Source: the human T2T-CHM13v2.0 reference genome, Homo sapiens. Taken from it: DNA of 64,000 bases. The stretch lies in assembly GCF_009914755.1 (NCBI RefSeq), contig NC_060929.1. The stretch is one strand, 5' to 3'. The position numbers and the translations under genes were made by a program. Of this stretch, positions 39,463 through 54,998 are shown in pieces (the stretch's first letter is position 1; each line of letters opens with the position of its first letter). The notes beneath the pieces were generated by a model, which had not been told where the DNA came from, searched no databases, and was given only the letters and a program-made list of their open reading frames with translations.

Positions 39463-40049
39463 AAAGAAAATGTGGTACATATACACAATGGAGTACTATA
39501 CAGCCATAGAAAGGAATAAGATTCAGTCATTTGCAACGACATGCATGGAACTGGAGATCATTATGTTAAGTGAAATAAGCCAGGTACAGAAAGACAAATA
39601 TCACACGTTGTCACTTATTTATGAGATCTAAAAATCAAAACATTGAACTCATGGACACAGAGAGAAGGATGGTTACCAGAGGCTAGGAAGCATAGTGGGA
39701 GAGCTATGGATGAGGTGGGGTGGTTAAAAAGTATAAAAAAAAGTTAGAAAGAAGAAATGAGATCTATTTGATAGCACAACAGACTGATTAGAGTCAATAA
39801 TAACTATACATTTTAAAATAACTTAAAAAGTGTAATTGGATTGTTTGCAACTCAATGGGCAAATGCTTGAGGGAAGGGATACCCCATTCTTCACAGTAAG
39901 CTTATTTCACATTGCATGCCTTTATCAATACATCTAATGTACCCATAAATATATACACCTACTATATACCCACAAAAATGAAAAAGAAAAAGAAAAGAAA
40001 TACATAGCAACTGAAAACTGTTAGCTAGGGGAATACTATGATTAGATTA

Positions 40050-40830
40050 GTGATTTAGAGATTAGTTTGACTTCAGTGTAGACAAGTGATGGGAGAGAGC
40101 AACACTAGGGGCAGAAATCACAATTAGATGCTGCTGAAGTAATCCAGACCAGAGATAGTGGTTGCTTGAATTGCAGTAGCAGCAGTGTATATATATATGA
40201 AAGACACCTGAAATCTAGATGTCATCTAAAATGACATCTGATATGAAACTGGATGTAGAAGGAGAGGAAGAAAGGGACCATGAATTATGCCTAGATTTCT
40301 AGAAGTATTCTGGCACGTGGACATCATTCACTCATCTTGGAAAGACAGGAGCGAAGCCTTTCCAGCAAGCATGATAAGTTCAGTCTGATATATGTTGATT
40401 TTGAGGTGACTTTGGAACACATGAGTTGAGATCTCAAGTGGCAGGTAAGTACAGGTCTTATATGCAGGACAGAGAGCTGCTCAGAAGTCATCACAAACAG
40501 AGAATAGTTGGAGCTGTGAACGTGGATAAGATCACTTAGATTTTGAGGAGGAGGAAGAAAAGAGAAAAAATCAGAAGCATTTAAGGGATGGGCAGGAAAA
40601 TGGATTCCATAGAAGGCAATCAGAAGTAGATGCAGAAGTAGGAGGAAAATCAGGAGCATATAGTGTCATGAAAATCAAGAAAAGAAGGAAGCCATGCTCC
40701 TTTTGGAAACTAAGAAGAGCTGAGTGAGATTTAAGCAGGGAGTGTGATAAATGTGCATTTCCCCAGATCTCAGAAAGTATATCCAGTCTAAAGAAATTCA
40801 GCCCGTTCAGACAACACTGGGTCAATGACC
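40050..40830 (-). mobile_element. L2 LINE relic
   Basis: Purine-rich antisense L2 motifs (ggatgtagaaggagaggaagaaagg; gataagttcagtctgatatatgttgattttgaggtg). Approximate. Confidence 0.55.
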
Positions 40831-42224
40831 TTGAGCTACACTAATCCCCGGCTAGTACCTTAAAAATCCTGATCCATAATTTCAGCATATACATTTTCCT
40901 GTCAGACCCAGATAGAGGAGGACTCAGTTGTTTCTAAAAGAGCATAATGTTGACCTAAATGGCCCAATGCCTTTAGGAAATAGAGCAGCAGGTGGAGACA
41001 TTTGGTCCCCACAGCAATAGTTTTAGAAGATAATTCTATCTTAAAATGGACAATCTGGATCCCATGTCTGAATATACAGACATGAGTGTATTCAAGTTCA
41101 TTAGAACGACAGATACTGTGACAGTATGTGTGTAGCCACTCTGGTTGAACCCACAACTTTCTCTTCTGGCCTTGCTAGAACAGATGAAGTGGCTCTGCTG
41201 TGCCTGTCGCATCACCTTTGCATATATGAGAAGACCAATGCTCTTTGGAAATAGTATCACAACCAGTGTATTTCCTGGGAAGAATGATTTTTCAACAGAC
41301 TCATTCACCTTGAGAGGTGAGAGGCGGAGTAGATAAGTGTGATGCTGAGGCCAGTATTGATTCTGTGTTGGCCTTAACTGAGTAGCTTGTTCACCAGATC
41401 CCTTGGGTACTACGTCATGGGAGGTTCCTGAGCAACCATATTCACGTCTCAGAACCTTGATTATCACAGAAACAGCTCCTTAGATGCCGTCTGTTACTCA
41501 GAAGTTAAAATTTCTAGGCCTGAATTTAGAACAACTAATTGTTATCCCCACGGAGAGGTTAGGAGAACACAAGAGTGTTCTTTTTTGTTTCCCCATAAAA
41601 TAGATTGCTTTGAGAATTGATGAAACATTGTTTCAAAATAACTTGTAGTCCTTAGATGAAATATGAATATTACATTTAAAATATCATTCCTCTGAGTCAT
41701 GGGAATATTTCTATTTTCTGTTCAGGCATACGTTCCTAAAGTCAATATGATACCAGAGACAAAACAAGCAATAATGCCAAGTTAAATCTCAAATACTCAG
41801 ACAGTCTCAAGTAGAATTATGTTAAACAAAAAGACTCACTGTACTGGATTAAAACTAGCAAATGCTACTGAAGTTACAACAATTATTTAGGATAGCATTT
41901 CTTAATCTTTTATCATTATTACCTCCCAAGGAGCTTTTTTGAATATTGTTTTCCTATTTGTCCTCCTCCTCCATGAAATTTTAATACTACAGATATATTG
42001 TATAACTGTTTATATATCTGTGCTTTACATGTGAAAAGAAAACATTTTTTGTTTGGTGTCTGAAGAACTAATTTTTGTTTTTTTGCCATTGATAATGTAT
42101 GATGTACAGCTAATTAGGACATTGCTGGTTATACTTGGTGTTGGACAGGTAATAAGAATGAACTGAAAGATGACTCTGGTGGTAATAAAATGCCACCAAT
42201 GTAACAATTTTTATGGTATAAGAC

Positions 42225-42589
42225 TGTCTTAGTCTGTTTGGGGCTGCTATAACAAAATACCATAACCTGGGTAGTATATAAACAACAGAAATGTATTTCT
42301 CAAAGTTTTGGAGACTTAGAAGTCCAAGATCAATGTGCTAGTAGATTTGGTGTTTGGTGAGGGCTCCTTTCTTGATTCATAAATGGAGTTTTCTCATTGT
42401 GTCTTCACATGGTGGAAGGGAAAACAAGATCCCTTGTGCCTCTTTAACAAGGGTACTAATCTCATTCATGGGGACTCTGCCCTCACAACCTAATCGCCTC
42501 CCAAAGTCCTCACTTCTTAATGCCATCATCTTGAAGGTTAGGATTTCAACATATGAATTTGGAGAGACACAAACATTTGGATCACAGCA
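42225..42589 (-). mobile_element. MLT1A/A0 MaLR solo LTR
   Basis: tgtcttagtctgtttggggctgctataacaaaataccata...ggatttcaacatatgaatttgg...cacagca. Flanks aagac/aagaa. Confidence 0.85.
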
Positions 42590-44280
42590 AAGAAAAACTG
42601 GTTAAACTTTATTTAAGTCACCTATCTTTCTATCCCTCCATTCATCCATCCATGCATTCATCTAACAAAGATGTATTGTGCATCAGTGGTGCTACCTGTA
42701 ACTTCCTAGGGCCATTTCAGAGTTTAGACTTTCCTCATCTCTCCTGGAGAGATGTTGCCACAGTCTTGTGCCTATGTTCCTTTTTTGTGTGTGTTATCTA
42801 CACCACAGTCAGGACAATGTTTCTCAAATTAATTTGAGCATTATTATTCCTCTTCATGAACAACTACAAATTCATCTCTCACCTGCAAGATATACCCAAC
42901 TCTTCAGCAGTGTGTATGAGTTTTTCCTATCTCCCCATATCAGCTACCATCTCCTCCTCAACCTCATTTATTGCTACTTCCTGTTCATTTGTTCTCCAGT
43001 GATACTGAAATGCTTGTATTTTCCCCAAAACATGCTCTGCAGTTTCATGCTTATGTATTTTTTTCAGGCCTGTCTTCTTCCAATACCCTTCTTGGCCAAT
43101 TGCTCCCTACCATTTAAGATTTGGCCTGGGCATTATCTCAACCCCTCCCATCCAAATCTGAGTGAAGATCCTTTTTCTTTATGTTTTATGCCTCTTAAGC
43201 ATAGTTCTGTGAGTGTACATAGCACATAACATTGATTATCCATTTCCATGCCAATTTTTACCAGTACCTGCCCATTAAAATATCATATTGTATTCATTAA
43301 TACATCCCCTGTACCTACCACTCCCTAGGATCCAAAGGGAAAACAACACATTCATTGAACTCCAATTTCCTGGGCTCAGGTGGCTCAAAGTTTAAGAAGC
43401 AAAATAGACGTAAACCCACCATGACAATATGATATGGTACAATAGAAGTGGGCATAGGATTCTATGGGAGCACAGTAGATAAAATCATTCATTTTACTTG
43501 GGAGAAACTAAGGAGGAATTTAAGGACCATTTCACAAAACAGGGGCTATTTGAACTTGGTCATGCCTAGGCCCTCTTAAGATAAAGAGAAAGGGGTTCCA
43601 AAGAAGGTGAAGGAAGGTATCATAAGAAAAGGGAACAGCACATGCAAAAGCATGTGGGCATGAAAGAGATGATGCAACTAGAGGGGACATGGGGACTAGA
43701 GAGCAGGGGCCCTGGAGGTGTGGGGGAATTGACTGCAGTTGAGAAGAAGCAGAAAAGGTGTTTGGCCAGGTCGTTAAGGACTTCCTTTGACATGCTGTGG
43801 AGTCTAAGCTTGACTTTATATGCAAATAAAGGTTTGTCCAATTAAAGAAATTTTTAAAAAATTTTCTCCTGCAAAGAATTTGATATTAATTCCATCCAAA
43901 GGCTCCTGAGACATTCAAACTTGTATTTTCTTCACCTATAAATAAAGAGCTCACTGTCTTCCTTTGAAACTTCTCAGATTGCTGTGAGAGTCTAAAAAAG
44001 CTTTAATTCATTCATATTACCCCTACCTTTCTTTATAGCCAAGATGTTACTAGTGGAAATTTTAATATTATCCACAAGTATCATGAAGGAAAATATTTCT
44101 AAGTGAGTTATGTAATCTGAAGAGATAATTAAATTCCCTTTGAATTTGTATATTAACATTTTAACATCTATTTATAGAATGGTCTACTTTAGTATAGAAG
44201 GATGTGATTATATAGTTACTGTGATGTTAAAAATGTCCCCCACCATTCTTTAATCTTTCTTTTCATTAGATGTTGGATTT

Positions 44281-44451
<171 letters not shown>

Positions 44452-46654
44452 TAGTGTGGATTAGACTCTGATGGCTTGCAAGACCTCAGTGACTACCAGG
44501 AGAATCATTTCAAGATAAATGAAATTAAAAAAAAAATTTCATAGCACTACTGTCAGTTCTAGAGCAAGACTGTTTCTATTCAGGTTTAAGCTCCATTTAT
44601 TATGAGCAAGTTGGTCATCACTCTAAGCCTCAGTTTTACCATCTATAAAGTGGGCATAATAATGAGGATTAAATTAGTTAGTACATGTAGAATGATGAGA
44701 AGAGTGCTTGTCTCTCTGTAGTGGTGTCACATTCAATAATCACTGAGTGACAGCCTGTCAATTCACTGCTTCAGTAGGGGATTCTGAGAGCTGGGGATTA
44801 ACACCTGGGCATAATACAGTTGTGATATAAAAATGAGTCTGCAGGATTTCTTTCCAACTTTCACAATTCCAAAGACAGAAAAGAGGGGGATAATAACGTC
44901 CTGGTGCTGTCATACAAGACTGGTGATGAGGCATTTGGGGAAGTATTCTTGGAATGGCTTTGTTTCCTGGGCACGTAATTGTGGCACATGTCCGAGTATC
45001 CTTTTCCCACTGCAGCATCTAAAGTAAGTTGGTACAACAGCAGGTCCCAAATTTGGCATGTGAGGTCTCAAAGCCCCTCTGGAATGTGAAGCTCTTCTGT
45101 GGAAAGGCATCTTCAAACTGATTACAGGATTCTTAGAAGAGAAACAGGGAAGCCTACAGGAATCAGAAAACCTCCCTCCTTCAAAGAAGCCACAAGAATG
45201 AAGAGATGTGAGAACCAGAGGTCGTCTTCTCATATGCTGACATTAAGAACTGGTTTTAAAAAGATTTAAAGAAAAAGATTTAAGAGTTGGAAATGCTGAG
45301 GAGTTCTTTTGCAGGTCATACTATTGAGTTCAGTAACCTGCAATGTGCTGACCTTGACTTGTTATTTCATGTCAATCTCCTGCTTAGAATGTTTCAATTA
45401 CCTCTCAGTGCTTTTAGAACAAAGGTAAAAATGCTTAACTGGCCTACAGGGCCCTGAACAATGGCCACTAGAGGTTTCTTCAGTTTCATCTCTTGTCATT
45501 CTTCCCATCAGTGAATGCTAGCCCCGTTATCAGTCTTGCTCATCTTGACCAGCCTAATTTTCCCCAGGGAAACTTCTGGTTTGTTGTTGTTGTTGTTCTT
45601 ATTTGTTTTGTTTTGTTTTTCCAAAGATGCTTTATCTTCCCTGCCCCGTCACTTGGTGTTAAAAGAGAAATTTCAGTTCTGGTCCTGACTAGAGTAACGT
45701 ACTTTCATCTTTCAGGTGAAAGTTTAAATGTCACTTCTTCGAAACACTAGTCAGAATTGTAATCGTATTTATGCGTTTGATCAATGTCTGTCTCCCCAAC
45801 TAGACTGTAAGCTCTTTGAGGGCTGTTTTCCTACTGTTGTAGCCTGGGTGCTTAGCACAGTGCATGGCACAGGCTAAGGACTCAGTAAATATTTGCTGAA
45901 TAAATGAACAGGCTTTTTGTTTAGAAACAAAGTTTACTTTTAGAACAGAAGTATATGCAGTAACATAATTCATAAAAATGCTACTCAGTATTCCTCATGT
46001 GGCTACTGCCACAGATTTTAGTTTGTGGACTCACTGCTTTTTTGCTGAATAAAAGTAATTTTTTACAAAAAATATTGACTTGAAGAATTTTAACTTTTAC
46101 AAATTTTCAAATTGACCAGTCAATTTGAAAGGTGCCTTTCCTTGTGTTGTACATATAGTGTCAGGAGGTTCTGTGCTAATGATAATGAAAGCAGTAATCA
46201 TCATCATCATCTTTATAAGAGTAAAGTTTATTAGAATTAATTTTTTTATATAATCAGATGTATTTAATCTATTTTATTATATATTAATTATTAATTATAA
46301 TTATAGTTGATTATCATTTTATTAATTAGAATTAAGTTTATTAGAAATGTATTATAAATCCATGTCAAATTCTTTTTTAAGTATATGTATTTGTGTATAT
46401 ATAATACCTTTATAACAATTGTATTTCATATATGCTACTTCTCTAACACCTCTAAACTTATATTTTACAGTTATGGGCGAACAATTGTGGATAATAAAAA
46501 ATTTGTGTCTTTTAATGAATTTGTTTTGAATGCATTTAATTTTCAATGAAGTGTATCTTTTATTGAATGAAATAAATTTCCAAAATCAATTCATTAATTT
46601 TTACAGAACTCTCTGATGCACTGGGGGATAAAGATTATTATAAAAATGTCAATG

Positions 46655-49616
<2,962 letters not shown>

Positions 49617-52524
49617 AAAAACGTCAATGGCTTGTGACTGCCCGTCCCAACCCAGCCTAAGAAATGAAGGCTTCATTGATCTGCAAAGTTTAAAATAATG
49701 ATCATGGATCTTTCTTCCTTTGAGCAACTGAGCCCCCACAGACCAACTAATTAAAGTCAACTGTGACAGATTTTCAAATGTGTTTTCTTGTCAGTCTTGT
49801 CATTTTTGAAAGTTTAGAAATTTCACTTGAAAATGTAAAGAAGAGAATGACAACATGAAAAGAAACTCTTGCCCAGAAGGTTAGTATTTCATACACTGAA
49901 GCATTCAGTGGTAAAAGGCAGGGTCTTTGCATCTATAGGTTAAAACAATGGTGAGGGGTTCAAAATAACCTCAGGTAGACAAATGTGTGTCATAAATCAT
50001 AGCATCTGTAAACACAAGGCTTATGGTTTTTGCTAAATTCATCTCTGTGTAGGAAGCAGCATATCTGATTTATGTCTGATGAAAACAGTTCATTTAAAAA
50101 ATATTTTTCCCCTAAAATTACACTCAGAGAAATAATTAAGTCATATGAATTATCTGAAAAACAATACTCTAGCAAGCAAGTCTTGAGCTTTTAGGTGACC
50201 TGGGATTTCCTGAATAGGGCTAAAGTCCTCCTAAGTCTTACTATGTCCTTCATTATGTATTTTCAGAACTAATTTATTATAACTATTTAGGTGTAAAACA
50301 GAAAGTAATTAAAGGCACAGCTAAAGAAAACATTAATCTGAATTTTCCCCTTGTTGCTGCAAAAGGAAAAAAATCCCCTCACCTTGACTTTCCCAGATTC
50401 TCTGCCCAAATCAAATTCAAACCCCATTTATAGCTTGATAAAGACATCCGTTTGACAAATATTTATAAAGCAACCCTTATTTGCTAAATATTATTCTGTG
50501 TGCTGAGGACACAATGGTGATCAGAAACAAGCACAGCCTTTGCTGAGAGATTTATTTTTAAAACCAACAAACAAAAACAATCACATCAACTGAATTGATG
50601 TTAAAAATTTGAGTTTTGGTCCTGACTAGAGTAGAGTAATGTACTTTATTTATAATCTTACATAAATTATGCAAACCTTCTGAGTCTCAATTTTCTCCAT
50701 TTGTAAGATTAGCAATGATAATACTTTGGGGTTACTACAAGGATCACAGTCATGCCACACCACCTCACTGCCAACACATACCCAGGTGACAATATCTTTG
50801 ATACTATTACTCAAATGTACTCCAGGGTCATTCAAAACTACTCAGCCACAGCCTTGGGTACAGTCATATTTTGGGAGATGCAGGATTTGCATAGAAGAGC
50901 TGCTGTTGCACCAAAAATATTGGGCACAGGAACTGACCAAGCCTCACCCTCATCCTAACGACACTGGATGTTTTCAGTTTTCCAAGTGGAAAATTCCAAG
51001 CCCTCAGAAGTACATGGGACATATCTCATCTTATTTACATGCCAAGAAGGTTGTTAGTTTAGTTTAGCTTTTGTTTTGTTTAACAAAAAGTAATGCAGAC
51101 AAATCAAAGCAAAATATGCCATCCGTTTCCTTTGATAATGGCAACAGCAGCCCTTATTTTTGTTGTGGCAAGGAAAACCATTAAAAATCCATTTTCAATT
51201 AAAATAAGTTCATATAAACTACAAGAAAAAATGGTGTTTAAGAGTTCATAAAATGCACTCTGTCCTCAGGCTCATCGTTTGCTCCAAGTCAGGGTTTCAA
51301 AATGAGTCACAAACCCTGCCAGGAGACAGAATGTGAGCACAGCCAGCCCTTGATGGGGGCCTCCTGGCGTGCAGGGACTATTTTGTCTTCTAGTTTTCCA
51401 GGGGAATGAAAGAATAAAGAAAGCTTTGCAATTTTTAAACAAAGAGACCCTTCTGTATGTTAATAAGATTTCGATTGCCAGGAAACAGACAATGGGTTTT
51501 CTTTCAAGGGCAGAACTCTTCTGTGTGGGATCACATGTTCTCACTTCACAGTTTCTTCCTCGGCACAAGTAGCCCCTCACTCAGTGCAAATGCACGGGGA
51601 ATTTGGGTACTCAAAGCTCAAAAGCAATTTACCTTCCTCAAAGCAGACAGTTTCTATCGCTAGCACTGTCCTTCCTTTCCCTTCTTTGGAAAAATTTCCA
51701 TTTGATAAGAAAGAGCTGTGATGAAAGGAAGTTTTACATTTCTGATTTTGCTTGGAGCAAATATCTCAAGGACTATCTAGGTTTATCCTTTGGCTCTCAG
51801 TAGTTAGATCCACTTAAGAGTTCTGGATCTAGTACTATTAGAGGCAGTAATGTTGAAACCCACAACACAAATCAATTACCCTTAATCCATAGTCACATGA
51901 GTTAACAAAAATGCTACTTCACTGTTGGCAGGATCGTTTTATTAATCCAGGTTTAGTATTGACTACCTACTGCTGATTGGAAGTTCTAGCGTATTCTGTG
52001 TGTCTTTAATTTTAGCAATGGGAAAATAAAGTATTACTTTAAAAATATGCATTTATTAAGAAGAGAAGGGCTTTGTGGAGAGAAATAGGGAAATAGGTCC
52101 TTGATGGTGAGATCCTGGAAACTGCTGGTCTCCATGGCATTCATACATTTGCTCATACTGTCAACAAGTGTTTATTGAGTACCCATCATGTGGCATTTGT
52201 TGGGGTGGATACAGGGATGAATCAGATATGGTCCCTGACTTGACTATGGGACTAGTTCCAGAATTACTTGAAATCCTACAGACAGAAATTGCTGAATTGC
52301 TCTGAATAGCCTTGCATGGAAACATAGGAAAAGGAGATGTCCATAAAGCCTCCTTTGGCTTCATGAACTAGCTGTTTGTCTCTTTATTGGCACACATTCC
52401 AATTCTAAAGGAAATGTTCCGTGGACTCTCACAAATTCATGAGGCTAAATAAAAACTACTCCCCAAGGACTCATAAGTAAGTGAGTATTTATCGACTTTT
52501 AATGGACTCCCTCCAATCGATTCA

Positions 52525-52930
52525 GGAAGATCAAGAGCTTTGGAATCAGACAGAGTCATATTTGAGTTATAATAACATGTGGCCTTTGGAAGGTTATTTA
52601 ACTTCCCCAATTCTCATCTTCCTCGTTGTATAATGACAATAATAATGGTACTACTTCATAGTGTTTTTGTAACAATAAAATGAAACAATACATTATAGAT
52701 AGGTGGTATGGCATAGAGGATAAGAGTGAAGACTTTGGAGCAGAGTGTCTGAATTCAAATCCTGGGTAAGTCACTTATGTAAGAGAATAATAAAAGTGAA
52801 TAGTAAATTAAATGAAATAAAGCATATAAAATTTCGTAAAATACCCAAGAGATAAGAACTCAATGCAGGTTAATTGTTACTCCATTATTAGTGTTAATGC
52901 TTCAAGTGCTTAGAACATAGACAGTAAATA
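52525..52930 (+). mobile_element. Tandem MIR relics
   Basis: Two heads (gctttggaatcagacaga; gactttggagcagagtgtctgaattcaaatcctgg) with a MIR core. Confidence 0.6.
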
Positions 52931-53003
52931 CATGTAGTTACTTTCATTTTTTCTAGTTCTGAGTGACTTCAAGGCAGGTGACTGAACTCTATTCATTCAG
53001 GTA

Positions 53004-53421
53004 TGTAGTGAATGCTTGTGATGAGCCTCCCAGAGCTTCCCTTCCAGATGGAGAGTGCTCATTCTTCTAGCTTCTGAAAGTGTTGTTGGCTGTCAATTCC
53101 CAACTAAGTTTCTGTCTGAGAATTGCCCTCGGCAAAAGAAAGCCACCTCACTCAATGCCACACATGCTCTTTGGAATAACTTGCATGCAATGATTGATGT
53201 CTGGGGAGGGGTGGGAGGAGAAATCTGAAGATCCCCCACAGCTCCTGCAGTCTTGGCTGAGGCCTTTGTTCTGACTGCATCACAGTCCAATTTCTTCCTC
53301 TACATAGTTCTGTTTCCTGTACTCTCCCATAGGTGTTGATCCCAAGAGAATTCGAGAGTAAACCTTCTGCACACAAATCTTGGTGTCTTAGAGTCTGCTT
53401 TCTGGGAAACCCAACCTACAA
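53004..53421 (+). mobile_element. LTR16C-like ERVL solo LTR
   Basis: gaattgccctcggc, ggctgaggcctttgttctgactgcatcacagt, aggtgttgatcccaagag, agagtctgctttctgggaaacccaacct. Confidence 0.75.
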
Positions 53422-54644
53422 GTGTAATCTAGATGGCAGGAAATTCTGCGATCATAAAATTTGTCCTTTAGCCAGAGTAAGAATTACGAGTGGCCTCTGA
53501 CAAACTTAATAAGGGAGAAAAATTACAACTACATTTTCATTTCCAAAATGCCACCAGGGTAGGTTTTCAGCTGCTTTAAGTGTGTTTTGTGGTGGTCAAC
53601 CAAAAGAAATTGCATTTATGCTTAGGCAGTGTACCGTACATACCCACGTGGGTACCTCTACTTCCTCTGGCAAAGGTGAAAGGCCACCAGAACTAAATGA
53701 CTTATTGTCAGTGACCACAGAGTCTTAACCTCAGCCAGGATTTCTCTCTGGATACCATGAAGCTATGAATAATATATAAAAGGCTCAGAAAATCTAAAGC
53801 TACCTCTCAGAAAACATTTGTCATGGGCACTTAATGGGAGACTTTTCCAGTCCAAACTGCCCAGCAGAAGCTGGAGGATATTGATTACATCATCAGGACT
53901 TTTTGTGTACAGTACTCTGTTCAGCTTCATGTCCCCAGTGCATCCTTTCCAAGATAAGAGTGATTATAGCATCCAAATTTGAGTTTGATTTTGTTTTTTA
54001 AAAGCCAAATTCAGAAATTTCACTTTCTTTAGAGAAAATGCTAACAGGCAGAAGGAATGAATATAAGTGGAATTTAATTTGACCATAACATCCCAGGTGC
54101 TAATATGTCAATGTGTCTTTGGACACTTGCAATCATGCATAATTATCAGAGGTGATTTCTTTGTTTTTTTCCCCTTTAATCAGTGACAACTGCAGGTGCA
54201 AAGGATAGAGAAATATGTCATCTGTTCTGTAAGAAAATAATATTCATTAAGTTGTTAATTCTATAATTTCCTCCTGACAGTGACCTTATGAAGTCAGAAT
54301 CTTTTAACAGTACCATCAGGGAGAGAAATTTTAAGTCAATTAGTCTGAGTTAGAAGAGTATTTCCCATGATGTCATCTCTTCATTATATCTTTGGGAAAT
54401 CATATTACCTGACACTTTTCTAAATTGTTTGACCATGTTAACATTTTTAAGCAAATTCCTAGGAACTTAATAATGTACAATAAATATTGTCAAGCCATAG
54501 AGGTGCCACATATGTGTCTTAATTTGTAATACATTCTCCCTCTTCCTTGTATATTTCCTCCTTGCCATGTTTAGAAAAGTCTCAGAGAATATCGGGTCTG
54601 AAAATGTCTTTAAGACATTATAAAGTAGTCATATTCTCTACAAA

Positions 54645-54998
54645 AAATGTTTCCTGAATTAAATTCCATGGAACAATGCTTCATGAGAGATTAAAGATGT
54701 GCCTAAAACAAAAGGTTTTCTTGGCCACATAAGTGTAGGGAATGTTGAAGCCTCTTTGATGTTCACAATACACATAATAGCATATGGAGACCATTATCAT
54801 ATTAAGAACATTGAAATGTCCTGAAGTTAAGGATTTATTTCCCTTTTTTTAAGTTGGGAAACAAATTTATTTGACCTGAGAATAGCCCTGCTACTACCGC
54901 CCCTACTAACATGCGTGCATGCATGTGCACACACACACAAATCACCAATGACATCTAGTGGACTTGGTGTTCTACAGAACACTGTTGAAAATATTGCA
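54645..54998. mobile_element. hAT-Charlie MITE relic (Charlie18a-like)
   Basis: Degenerate inverted ends (tgtttcc...ttccatggaaca / gtgttctacagaacactgttgaaaatattg) and internal ttatttgacc motif. Confidence 0.5.

Noticed and set aside
40217-40239. Hairpin AGATGTCAT-ctaaa-ATGACATCT
   Set aside because: 9-bp arms with a loop are expected by chance in 64 kb.
41036-41467. 143-aa minus-strand ORF in unique intronic sequence
   Set aside because: No similarity to PLCXD3 or known domains; no convincing splice signals.
45462-45478. TGGCCACTAGAGGTTTC partial CTCF motif
   Set aside because: Lacks the essential 3' GGC/GCG positions.
53641-53654. 14-bp palindrome TACCCACGTGGGTA with E-box
   Set aside because: Several palindromes of this size are expected by chance per window.
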